From: Synechococcales cyanobacterium VAR_4_metabat_354
Lineage (GTDB): Bacteria; Cyanobacteriota; Cyanobacteriia; Cyanobacteriales; Chamaesiphonaceae
Direction: 5' to 3'
DNA length: 14,911 nt
NCBI GenBank assembly: GCA_031414775.1
Contig: JANOQI010000047.1
Location: 1-14,911, forward strand
The notes below the pieces were generated by a model, which searched no databases, was not told the DNA's origin, and saw only the letters and a program-made list of their open reading frames with translations. Positions 1 through 8,573 of this stretch are shown here, piece by piece. The position numbers and the translations under genes were made by a program. The first letter of the stretch is position 1, and each line of letters begins with the position of its first letter.

Positions 1-120
1 CAAGCACTCAATCATCATTTACTTGAGCGATTTATTTCCATGTTAGACCTTGACCTGACTTGGATTAAATCCCATCCTAACTACGCCAGCCTTCTCCAGT
101 ACGGTTCTTTGACACCATAA
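1..120 (+). CDS. C-terminal fragment of an IS (DDE, IS4/IS701-like) transposase, partial at window edge
   Basis: Frame 1 reads QALNHHLLERFISMLDLDLTWIKSHPNYASLLQYGSLTP* (TAA 118-120). This resembles the C-terminus of a widespread cyanobacterial IS transposase (LNxHLLxxFI...IKSHPNY...YG). The exact family cannot be settled from this fragment. Confidence 0.65.
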   Translation, partial: QALNHHLLERFISMLDLDLTWIKSHPNYASLLQYGSLTP

Positions 121-137
121 ATCTGTCCGGACTATTG
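1..137 (+). mobile_element. Right end of an insertion sequence; putative terminal inverted repeat ATCTGTCCGGACTATTG (121-137)
   Basis: The transposase stop is followed directly by a 17-bp segment that reads CAATAGTCCGGACAGAT from the outside in. The partner repeat lies outside the window. Confidence 0.55.
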
Positions 138-141
138 ATTA

Positions 142-1026
142 TTATTCATGCTCTTTGATAAATTTACTTCTGAGTTGTTGAAGCTTATCGGCACTGAGCC
201 GTTTTGCTGGTTCTGGCTGAATGTAAATATCAGGATCGGAGTTCATCGATGAGATTGACTCGACGTTTTCAGGAGTGCTCTGTCCGTTAGGTTCAGCTTC
301 ATCACGAATCATTGTTAACAGACAGCCTTCAGGGTTAGCGACAGCAGTTTTACTCCGATACTGTTGAAACGCCTCGATCGAAAGCTTGACAGTATTGAGA
401 TCGTGATGAGTTATTTCCTGTTTCAACTTTGAATTGAGCTTAATACCGATCGATTCGATCGATTCAAATATTTCAGATTCTGAAGGTGAGTCTGAATTTG
501 CGGTAGAAGTACTGGGATATTCGGTTGATTTCTGGGAAAGTGGTCTGATGGGAACTACCTTATCTGACGGAACTGGATTGGTTAATTCTCGGTACTGTGT
601 TCGTAATCGATTGCATTCATCTCTGAGTTCATAAATTTCCGTCACATGACCGCGTAATTTTTCATTTTGAACTTTGAGTTCTCTAATCTCTGCTTCGAGT
701 TTTGATATTCGTTGTCTTGCTACCTCATGTAAAGTTTTCAGGCTATTAGGTTTAGATTCTCCTTCCTCTTCTAGCGGATGCAGTTGAGTTTCATTTTTCT
801 GCTGAAGATCGTGAATATAGGTAGTAATCTCAGGCCATTTATAGAGATAGGCAATCGAACAACCAGCAACTTTGGCGATATTTGCAAAGGTTAGAGGTTG
901 CTTTTGAGTAAGTATTTCTTGAATTGCTTTCAATACTTGTTCTTTCTTCTGTTCCTTTCTTTGGGCTTGGGTACGACGAAGCACATCAGCTTGTTTGTCT
1001 CGATTGAGTTTCTGTTTCTCAGTCAT
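142..1026 (-). CDS. TnpC-like DUF6262-family protein (HTH plus coiled coil) with a C-terminal extension
   Basis: Contains KKEQVLKAIQEIL...LTFANIAKVAGCSIAYLYKWPEI, the typical DUF6262/TnpC pattern, followed by a heptad coiled coil. It is the last gene of the recombinase operon. Confidence 0.75.
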   Translation of the reverse strand: MTEKQKLNRDKQADVLRRTQAQRKEQKKEQVLKAIQEILTQKQPLTFANIAKVAGCSIAYLYKWPEITTYIHDLQQKNETQLHPLEEEGESKPNSLKTLHEVARQRISKLEAEIRELKVQNEKLRGHVTEIYELRDECNRLRTQYRELTNPVPSDKVVPIRPLSQKSTEYPSTSTANSDSPSESEIFESIESIGIKLNSKLKQEITHHDLNTVKLSIEAFQQYRSKTAVANPEGCLLTMIRDEAEPNGQSTPENVESISSMNSDPDIYIQPEPAKRLSADKLQQLRSKFIKEHE

Positions 1027-2860
1027 TTGCCAACCTCCGTAATTCTGGTAGCCAGATATCCATTGCAGCTATTGTGGCTTTAGCTTCTTCAGCCGCGAGT
1101 TCTGCACCTGCTTGTTCTGCTTCTCGAAGCCGTAGCTGCTCTCCTTGATGCTGGCGTTCATAGAGCGGAAGCTTTGCCGTACTGGGACGAAAACTACCGC
1201 AACCATAGCATTTCGGATAGAGGTTGACAGGACAAGGGGTTTTGGGGTTGACAGTGCAATGTCCGTAAACTACCAAGCGCGGAGCGATTTCTGAGTCTAA
1301 TTCGTGTGCTTTGGGGTTTTTGAGCAAACTTTCTGGGAGAGATTGCCAAGGGAGGAACTTATTACTGGGATTCATCAATAGTTCCTGAAACGGCAAGTCC
1401 ACTGCTGCTATTTGCTCTCTGGTAGGCGGTGCATAATGTTGGAAAGTTGTGCTATTCCTAGCATGATTGGCATAAAGTTGAGCTACTTCCATTCCATGTT
1501 CAGCTCGAATTTCTTGCAATTTACTAGGGCGAGTAATTTTTCCAACAAAGTGCGGCTTTAAGTCATTTGCATCGCGAATATCTTCTCTTTCTATTAACAT
1601 CCGAATAATGCGAACCATTTGATTGCTACCAACACTACTATTTGGAGGCTCTGGTAGAGGCTTAATGCCAGGAAAATTAGGGTAAGTTCTGCTATTCACA
1701 CCTCTAAAATGGCAGAGTAAATACGAGTATTCTGATCCCAAAGTTTCTCTAATCCAATATTGTTGCTCTTCAATTACTCTTCGGATCTCGCGAGTGGCTG
1801 GTAGCTGATGGTATTCTGGCCTATTCTCTTTTCCCTGCTTTCCCCTTTTTTTCTTCCCTTCAGAAAACCGGACATACCACTTGCCATTTTCTTCGACTAG
1901 ACAATCAAAGGTAATGTTACAAGCATCACTTGGACGAGTGGCAGTATATTCTTGAATCAAATAATGACGAGCAATTGGGGCAGGAATTTTGGATAGATGT
2001 TGATGGATAGCTTGACGAGTTAATTCGTCCAACCAATCAGGATCGCTTCTGATTGTTTTTAATTTATCCCTATCGCGAATTAGATGAGACGTGTCTAGTT
2101 CTAAGTATTCAAAAAAATCTTTTAGTTCTTTTAGCTTTCTATTAATTGTTTGACTTGCATTTTTTACATAAGTATCTTTGAATGCAAGAATCATTTCTCG
2201 GCTGATATTGCTAGATTTATAAATGTTGAATTTTTTAACAATACATCCAAAATACTTTAGGGTTGATATTACATCTCTGAGACTTATATCAGAAGAAAAT
2301 GTTGGTAATTTAACAAAAAGAAATAGATATTTTTTAACTTCTGCACGATACCATTGGGGGCTTATTTCTCTAAGATCGAGCTTCTGATAACGTGGCTTTT
2401 CGTAAAAATGTCTTAAATCCCATACGTCCTCATCAAAATTGAAAGGTAATAATTTATCATGTTTTTGTCTGCCAATCCAACTACAGCCGTATTCGGAATT
2501 ATAGTTGAAATTAATACCGCAAAAACGACATTTAGACTTAGAATCAGTAACTTTATAAATCCATCCTTTCTGTCCATCATGACCGATATCTACACAAAGA
2601 GGGTTGGGACATTCTATATCAGGGAGATAACGAAAAATGTAGGCAGAAATTTCACGACTAAGAAGTGTCTCGCTTTTACACATATTACATAGTAATCTTA
2701 GCTTATGAGGAGAACTAGATTGACGGGCATAATTTGTGATTTGCCCTTGAGGGCAGTTGGGGCAACTATATTCTCCCTTATAATCTTTTTCCCAGTTTAC
2801 TTCTAATATTCCGTTCAGTGTTTCGTGAAGAGAAATTGCTGGATGCTTACGATTACTCAT
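1019..2860 (-). CDS. Tyrosine recombinase, TnpB-like, with an N-terminal multi-Cys (zinc ribbon) region
   Basis: Motifs TATRPSD (box I Arg), KITR (variant HxxR), ANH and HY (catalytic Tyr). C-terminal GHC..CP..KCYGC motif plus coiled coil as in Tn554-type TnpB. N-terminal CPNC, CNMC, CPNPLC, CRFC. Confidence 0.8.
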   Translation of the reverse strand: MSNRKHPAISLHETLNGILEVNWEKDYKGEYSCPNCPQGQITNYARQSSSPHKLRLLCNMCKSETLLSREISAYIFRYLPDIECPNPLCVDIGHDGQKGWIYKVTDSKSKCRFCGINFNYNSEYGCSWIGRQKHDKLLPFNFDEDVWDLRHFYEKPRYQKLDLREISPQWYRAEVKKYLFLFVKLPTFSSDISLRDVISTLKYFGCIVKKFNIYKSSNISREMILAFKDTYVKNASQTINRKLKELKDFFEYLELDTSHLIRDRDKLKTIRSDPDWLDELTRQAIHQHLSKIPAPIARHYLIQEYTATRPSDACNITFDCLVEENGKWYVRFSEGKKKRGKQGKENRPEYHQLPATREIRRVIEEQQYWIRETLGSEYSYLLCHFRGVNSRTYPNFPGIKPLPEPPNSSVGSNQMVRIIRMLIEREDIRDANDLKPHFVGKITRPSKLQEIRAEHGMEVAQLYANHARNSTTFQHYAPPTREQIAAVDLPFQELLMNPSNKFLPWQSLPESLLKNPKAHELDSEIAPRLVVYGHCTVNPKTPCPVNLYPKCYGCGSFRPSTAKLPLYERQHQGEQLRLREAEQAGAELAAEEAKATIAAMDIWLPELRRLAND

Positions 2861-4325
2861 TGGTGTTATCTGTTTTAATATTTTGAAGTTTTTCTAGCCC
2901 CTGCAATCGAGTCGATAGTAGATTCAATAGGCGATGTATCTCAGTGACTCTTCGCTCTTGTTCTGCTATTTGTGCTTGTTTTAAGTCTTGCTGCAATTGA
3001 TGAATATCGGCTTCTATGTGGGGCTTGTCTTTTAAAGTGACGCGATGGTGCGTACAACTCAAGCAAGCATATCGATACTCACAATCACCCAACATTATTG
3101 GGCGATGGCATTCCCCTAAAGAAGTAGTTACAATGAATATTTTTGCTAGTTTTTCATACCTCTGCTTTTTAGGTTTAAAGGTACTGACTTCGCCGTACAT
3201 ATCAACGTAACATTTAGCCTCTGCTTCTCTCTCTAAACGATTTAAATCTTGTTTTCGATAGTGGGGTAACATATCTAGTGAAGCGTGTCCCAATACAGCA
3301 GCAATGTATTCATCATCTGTTTCGCAATAAGCCATGATACTAGCCTTAGTACGACGAAATTGGTGACTAGTGAGATTAAATCGTTTGCTATGTTTATCTT
3401 TTAAGTCAGCTTTCTTACTAAAGTCTTGTAGCCATGAATTGAGGGTTGTTTTATTAAAGATTTTTGATAAATAAACAGGTTTTCTGTCAAATCTTGTTGT
3501 AACAACAGTAGTAGAACCACCTGAGTGTGCAGCATAAGTCATGCAGAATAATTTATCAAAATTATCATTAATAGACTGCTGAGTGTCGAGAAATTTCTGC
3601 TGTGCCCTAACTAGTTCAGCCACCAAAGGATGAATCTGATAAAACTTCCAATGCTTGCGCTTTGCTATCCATCGTAGTAAAAACCATTCGTCACCTTCTT
3701 GCTTGAGACATTGGCGAGGCATTCTTATTACTTCATTAATTCGACATCCTAGAACAAGCTGTAATCTGAACAATCTTTCTATTGGGGGTGGCAGTACGTC
3801 AAAGTTATTATAGATTTGACAGAGAACTTCCTCTGGTATTGTTTCAATTTTAGGGGCGATTTTCTTGTATATAGGTGGAGTATATGATAGCTGAATCCAT
3901 CCTTCTTCTGCCCATAGTTTAACAGCATAAGTAATAGTAGATTGACGCTTGTGTCCCCCACGTAGACTGATGAATTCTTGCAATAAACTATCTGTTAAAA
4001 TTTCTGGTCGATTATAACCTTGAGATGTTAAAAACTCGTCAAATTGTCTGAGAATACGAATTCTCATTCCCGCAGTATCTAACGAACATTTTTCTCTGAT
4101 ACTAGCCTTTGCGGTTAACTTAGCTAGTAGCTTTAGCCAAGGTAGAGAAAAGTCTTCAAAATAAATATTGCGAACTCCCATAATATTTGATTCTTCTTCT
4201 GTATAGCCAATTTCTAGTACTGACCAAATATCTAAATCCATTAAAGGATCGTTAGCTAAATCCAAACCTAGTTCTGAAACGGCGATTCTTTCCTGTAATA
4301 AATCAAGTGATTCTACTGCGTTCAT
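2853..4325 (-). CDS. Tyrosine recombinase, Tn554 TnpB-like
   Basis: Catalytic motifs LGCRINE, HQFRRT, VLGH and PHY. C-terminal GECHRP..CEYRYACLSCTH Cys cluster and coiled coil. Confidence 0.88.
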   Translation of the reverse strand: MNAVESLDLLQERIAVSELGLDLANDPLMDLDIWSVLEIGYTEEESNIMGVRNIYFEDFSLPWLKLLAKLTAKASIREKCSLDTAGMRIRILRQFDEFLTSQGYNRPEILTDSLLQEFISLRGGHKRQSTITYAVKLWAEEGWIQLSYTPPIYKKIAPKIETIPEEVLCQIYNNFDVLPPPIERLFRLQLVLGCRINEVIRMPRQCLKQEGDEWFLLRWIAKRKHWKFYQIHPLVAELVRAQQKFLDTQQSINDNFDKLFCMTYAAHSGGSTTVVTTRFDRKPVYLSKIFNKTTLNSWLQDFSKKADLKDKHSKRFNLTSHQFRRTKASIMAYCETDDEYIAAVLGHASLDMLPHYRKQDLNRLEREAEAKCYVDMYGEVSTFKPKKQRYEKLAKIFIVTTSLGECHRPIMLGDCEYRYACLSCTHHRVTLKDKPHIEADIHQLQQDLKQAQIAEQERRVTEIHRLLNLLSTRLQGLEKLQNIKTDNTNE

Positions 4326-5437
4326 TCTTCTTCCTTTTCTTCTAGATAATTATCTAATGTCATGCCATCAAGTACATGAGAGTAAACATCATTAGTAGTA
4401 ACAATAGATGTATGTCCTAACAGTTGTGATACATATTCAATGCGGTATCCCGCTTGCAGCATTCTTGTCGCAAAAGTATGTCTGAATAAATGAGGATGTG
4501 CCTTAATTTCAGTTCTGTCTTTAAATTGAGAAAATAAGCCATTCAATCTCGCACTACTCATCGGTCGTCCGATATGTTTTCCCTCCAGATTGACAAACAA
4601 CATTCCATGACCCAATCTTTCAACCTCTTTAGAAGGATATTCTTGATTTAGATAGTTATGAAACGTCTCTTGAACTGCTTTCTTGTTGTGCAAGATGGGA
4701 ATTTCTCGTTCGGTTCCTTTAGAGATCGCTCCATTGGGGTTATTGTCTCGTCTGACAATCCGAATTCTGCCTCTACTATCCAAAGCTCCCACATCTACTA
4801 GATGCAATCCTAATAGCTCTCCCCGCCGTATTCCTGTTTCTCTCAACAGCATTACGATCAACCTATCTCTATAGGTGTAACAGGCATCTCCTAGTTGACT
4901 GACCTGTTCGTCGGTCAAGCAACCAGGGAAAATCTTCGGTTCTATGAGCTTAATTCGCTTGCGGTTTTCGGGTGTGCTTTTGACAATCCCACGTAAATAG
5001 CCGCCGCGTTTGCTAAACCCACGAGCTAGCTTGGCAAATTTCTTTTCGTCTATTCTCCCTTCAATGGCGTGGAATTCATACATCCCTTGAATGGCTGTAA
5101 CTGCCTGGTTAACAGTACGAGCACCGCGTTTGGACATTACCTCTCTAACATCTTCAGAGATGACTTCTACTTCACCGCCAAGCAGATACCAGTTGGTGAA
5201 ATCAGCCAACTCACTCAGCCCTACATTTTGCCAATTCAGAGATTTACGTTCCAGCCAGTGCCAGAAATTAACTAGTCTACAAGCGTAGGTATTAACTGTA
5301 TTGGCGGCTAGTTGTCGCCTGCGGCAGTAGTTTAGGTATCGCTGGATTGGTTCTACTGGTAAGCAGGTCTCCAGATCGAATACACAGTAGAATCTCTCCC
5401 CTGTCAGAGGGTCAATTCCTCTTTCTATACTTATCAC
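4322..5437 (-). CDS. Tyrosine recombinase, Tn554 TnpA-like (XerD-type), GTG start
   Basis: SAM-like N-terminal domain (YLNY..AANTVNTYA) and RDRLIVMLLRETGIRRGELLGL, HPHLFRHTFAT, LLGH, VYSH. The full R-K-H-R-H-Y catalytic set is present. Confidence 0.92.
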   Translation of the reverse strand: MISIERGIDPLTGERFYCVFDLETCLPVEPIQRYLNYCRRRQLAANTVNTYACRLVNFWHWLERKSLNWQNVGLSELADFTNWYLLGGEVEVISEDVREVMSKRGARTVNQAVTAIQGMYEFHAIEGRIDEKKFAKLARGFSKRGGYLRGIVKSTPENRKRIKLIEPKIFPGCLTDEQVSQLGDACYTYRDRLIVMLLRETGIRRGELLGLHLVDVGALDSRGRIRIVRRDNNPNGAISKGTEREIPILHNKKAVQETFHNYLNQEYPSKEVERLGHGMLFVNLEGKHIGRPMSSARLNGLFSQFKDRTEIKAHPHLFRHTFATRMLQAGYRIEYVSQLLGHTSIVTTNDVYSHVLDGMTLDNYLEEKEEE

Positions 5438-5453
5438 TGGTTACTTTGTGGAA

Positions 5454-5481
5454 AATGAACATAATAAATTTTATCATGAAT
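5454..5481 (-). promoter_or_regulatory. dif-like tyrosine recombinase binding site (11-6-11) just upstream of tnpA
   Basis: Minus strand ATTCATGATAA-AATTTA-TTATGTTCATT. The right arm matches the canonical XerD arm TTATGTTAAAT at 9/11. Confidence 0.55.
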
Positions 5482-5517
5482 ATCAGGCTAGTTGTTGTTG
5501 TTTTTACAAGTTATTGA

Positions 5518-5545
5518 ATATAAAATAATTGTTGTTATAAGAGTA
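5518..5545 (-). promoter_or_regulatory. Second dif-like site (11-6-11) spanning the element/host junction
   Basis: Minus strand TACTCTTATAA-CAACAA-TTATTTTATAT. Same ATAA-N6-TTAT core; right arm matches TTATGTTAAAT at 9/11. Confidence 0.5.
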
Positions 5546-8478
5546 CGACCCAGCGATTGAACTGCTTCGGAGGCTTGCCAACCGGGTTGCACCAGATAAT
5601 GGCGGCGCAATCTTTGGTTTTGGGTATTTACGGCGGCATGGTAACTACGGCCTGTCCCACCAGCACCAGAGAAGATGAGGATCTGTTTCCGGTCATCTTG
5701 AAAGGCGTTGGTTTCAGCGCTATTAGCAGTGGCTGAACGGCTTTCCAATTTGTATTGGTTATCTTTGAGTACGACACGCTTGGAGCGGCCTGTCACTTCA
5801 GCGATTGCATCAGTGCCAAAGTGCCAAATCAACTGGTCTAGGAAACCAGCGATCGATGGCAAGTCGGCAATTCTTTCAATCAGAGCATCACGAAGTTCGA
5901 TCGCTTCTTGAGAGAGCACTGGGTCTCCATCAGCATCATCGACAGGCATGGCACATTCCCTACCATCAATTTCACAAATAGAGTGAAGTTTGGTTGGGAA
6001 GCTGCCTTCCAAGTACTGGACGATCGCTTCTTTGGGCGTAAAGTCCAAGCGCAAGTCGCCCCACTCTGCTGCGGGGATGTCTTGGATGCGGCGATTAAGC
6101 AAAGCTTCGTCAGTACTGACGATTTGGAGAACGGCGGCATAACCATCGATCATGTCTTGCTCGATCGCTTTAATCACCGTTGGTACCTTGGCTGCATTGA
6201 CAAGATGCTGGAAGAAGCGTTGCTTGGCTCCTTCAAATGAACTCATCGCCGCACTTTTGGCTTGGCCGTTGATGCACTTGCCAGACAGGCTAACCACGTT
6301 GGTGGCGGCTAATGCTCGTTCAATGTTGGTGTGAATTTGCTCGAACACAGCAGCATATGCGTTGTAGGCTCTCACTTGGGATGTTGTTAGCTCGTGAACT
6401 AAGGTTTCGTACCCGACACCTTGATAGGAAAGTGCTCGCGCCAAGTAAACTCCATGCGCCTTGAGGTTATGGATAATCACTTCGGTGGCCGCAATTCCGC
6501 CGTCTTCCATCGATGAGATGAAATCCTCACGGCTTTTGAACGGGAAGTCGGTTGTTTGCCATAAGCCCAGCCGTGGGGCGTAGGCCAAGCTGGACACTTT
6601 CGATGCTCCGGTGGCCGAGACGTAGACTACTCGCGCTTGGGGCAGACGGTTTTGCAAATCCATACCAGCCATACCTTGTTGGGAAGCGGCTTTGATTCCT
6701 CTGCCGCTATCTTCTCCGATCGCATTACCCATCAAGTGAGATTCGTCGAAGCAGATGCAACCATCGAAGTTGCCACCGGTCCAGTTGATGATTTGCTCAA
6801 GGCGCGATACTTTGGCTTCTTTGGCTGGGGTGCGGAGGGTGGCATAGGCGACAAATAGAATGCCTTGGGTGCAAGTGATCTCTTCACCTTGGGCGTACTT
6901 GCTCAGGTCGATAATCTGCTCTGGCTGGCCACCGAGGGCTACCCAGTCCCGCCGTGCATCTTCAATTAGGGTGAAGTTCTTGGAGACCCACAGCGCTTTG
7001 GTACGACCTTGCAGCCAGTTATCCAAGATAATCCCGGCGATTTGACGACCCTTGCCCGCGCCGGTGCCGTCACCTAAGAAGAATCCTTGGCGGTACTCGG
7101 CTCCGGTGTCGTTAGCAGCTTGATTTAGGCGTTTAGATTCAGCTTGATATTCCCAACGCCCGGTCAGCATTTTGCTGTGGGCTTGTCCGGCGAAGATTAC
7201 CGATTCTAGTTGGGCATGAGATAGCAATCCTTTCTCTAACACTTCTACTGGAAGCAGTGGTTGATACTCTGGCCGGGGCATGGCAACAGAAGACATCGCA
7301 GCACTTTCCACTAAGGGTGTAGGGTGCGGCAAGGCTCCGTCAATCTCGATCGGGCATGATGAATAAGATTCATACAGTTGGTCCGAGAGTTCGCCTGATG
7401 TGACTGGAGTTGGTGAGTAGGTGAGCTTGACTAGGTTTAACCAGCTAGGGGTGATTGCTTTGTGGACGACAGATATGGCCTGCTGCACTACTGGTGATGC
7501 TTTGGCGATAATGTTGCCCAGATGGAACAGGGGTAGGTCGAATAGTGTTTCGCTAGCAGCAGAGATGACCGGTTTTTGAGCGGCTTCCTCTTGGATTGGG
7601 AGCCGAGGTGGTAGCTGTTTAGCAATCTCCATCAGGTTTGGTAGCGTTGTGTCTACGTCCACGCGCTTAGAGCGAAGCATGGCTTTGTCGATGACCAGCA
7701 TCCTAGTAGGCATGGTGGTGCCGTAACGCCGGTACTCATCCCCGTTGATTTTGGCTGACAGGATAATCGTGCCAAATTCTTCGAGGATAGAGAATTTATC
7801 AGGGAGCAACCAGTGTGGACCAAGCAACACTAATCTGCCGTTGGGTCGTAGTCTGAGCATGGCGGCGCGAAAGTGTCTGATGATTGCGTCTTTACTGCGT
7901 TTGGTTAAATTTGGTGAAACTGAGAATGGTGGGTTAGCGATTACTACAGTTGGTTGATATTTCTTAGGCAAGTAGTCGTTGAGATTTTCAGCGTCGAACC
8001 CATGCAGGTGGTCGTCGCCAAATAAGTGACCAAGGATTTTGGCTCTGGCGGGACTGAATTCGTTGAGAATGATTTGCTGGCAGTTGGCCTGGGCGGCAAA
8101 GGCGGCTAGCATCCCGGTACCCGCAGAAGGTTCTAAGAAGAAATCTGCTGGAGTCAGCTGGGCAGCGGTGGCCATGATCGCACCGATTGCTGGTGGCGTG
8201 GAGAACTGCTGGAATTTTAGTTGGTCGTCAGAACGAACGGTTTGGCTGATGAGCAGTTGCTGAAGTTCTGCCAATCTTTTACAGTCAACACCGATTTCTT
8301 TGATGCGGCTGGCCACCGCGCCTTCCACCAAATCAGTAGCTGTTTTCATCTGCCACTTACCTTCCGCAGCGCTGCCACCACAGGTATAGTCCATGACGCT
8401 AGCGATTGTTTTGGTGTCTAACTTTTGTTCCTTGATTAGTAGTTGCTCGAAGGAGGCGATAGCGGTAAGGTTTGTCAT
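5541..8478 (-). pseudogene. Methyltransferase plus strawberry-notch (SF2) helicase fusion, truncated by transposon insertion (ORF runs on to 5488)
   Basis: N-terminal MTase motifs LEPSAGTG and ANPPF. Strawberry-notch P-loop GFFLGDGTGAGKGRQIAG, FDESH, YVSATGA, EVTGR, GGTGRSYHA. It ends QSLGRT where GRTHR is expected, then 17 junk residues (LITTIILYSITCKNNNN) come from element DNA. Confidence 0.88.
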
Positions 8479-8500
8479 ATTTTTTTAAGTATTGATAGCC

Positions 8501-8549
8501 AATAAAATATGGCTCTGCCAATCCAGTAGAAGGATTAGGCAAAGCCGTA
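8501..8549 (-). terminator. Putative intrinsic terminator between the rnlB-like gene and the MTase-helicase gene
   Basis: Minus-strand stem GGCTTTGCC-T-AATCC / GGATT-GGCAGAGCC (one G.U pair, one bulge, 7-nt loop), followed by ATATTTTATT. Confidence 0.5.
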
Positions 8550-8573
8550 AGTAACGATTGATTGTTCTAGAAG

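Larger units (their letters stand above)
142..5540 (-). mobile_element. Tn554-like tyrosine-recombinase transposon with three recombinases plus TnpC (tnpA-tnpB-tnpB'-tnpC)
   Basis: Four overlapping co-oriented genes (overlaps 4, 8 and 8 bp), visibly more AT-rich than the flank. There is a sharp junction at 5540/5541 where the helicase gene is interrupted. The other end is not visible because an IS sits there. Confidence 0.8.

Noticed and set aside
142..5437. Calling the recombinase trio a canonical RIT element or a prophage integrase cluster
   Set aside because: Two of the recombinases carry TnpB-type C-terminal Cys clusters and a TnpC/DUF6262 gene follows, which is Tn554-like. No phage structural genes are present.
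5488..5540. Last 17 codons of the 996-aa ORF as a genuine C-terminus
   Set aside because: They are read-through into AT-rich transposon end DNA after the broken GRTHR motif.
5491..5540. GTTGTTGTTG runs as a CRISPR or iteron array
   Set aside because: Only two short low-complexity runs with no regular repeat-spacer period. No CRISPR array, tRNA or rRNA was seen anywhere in the window.
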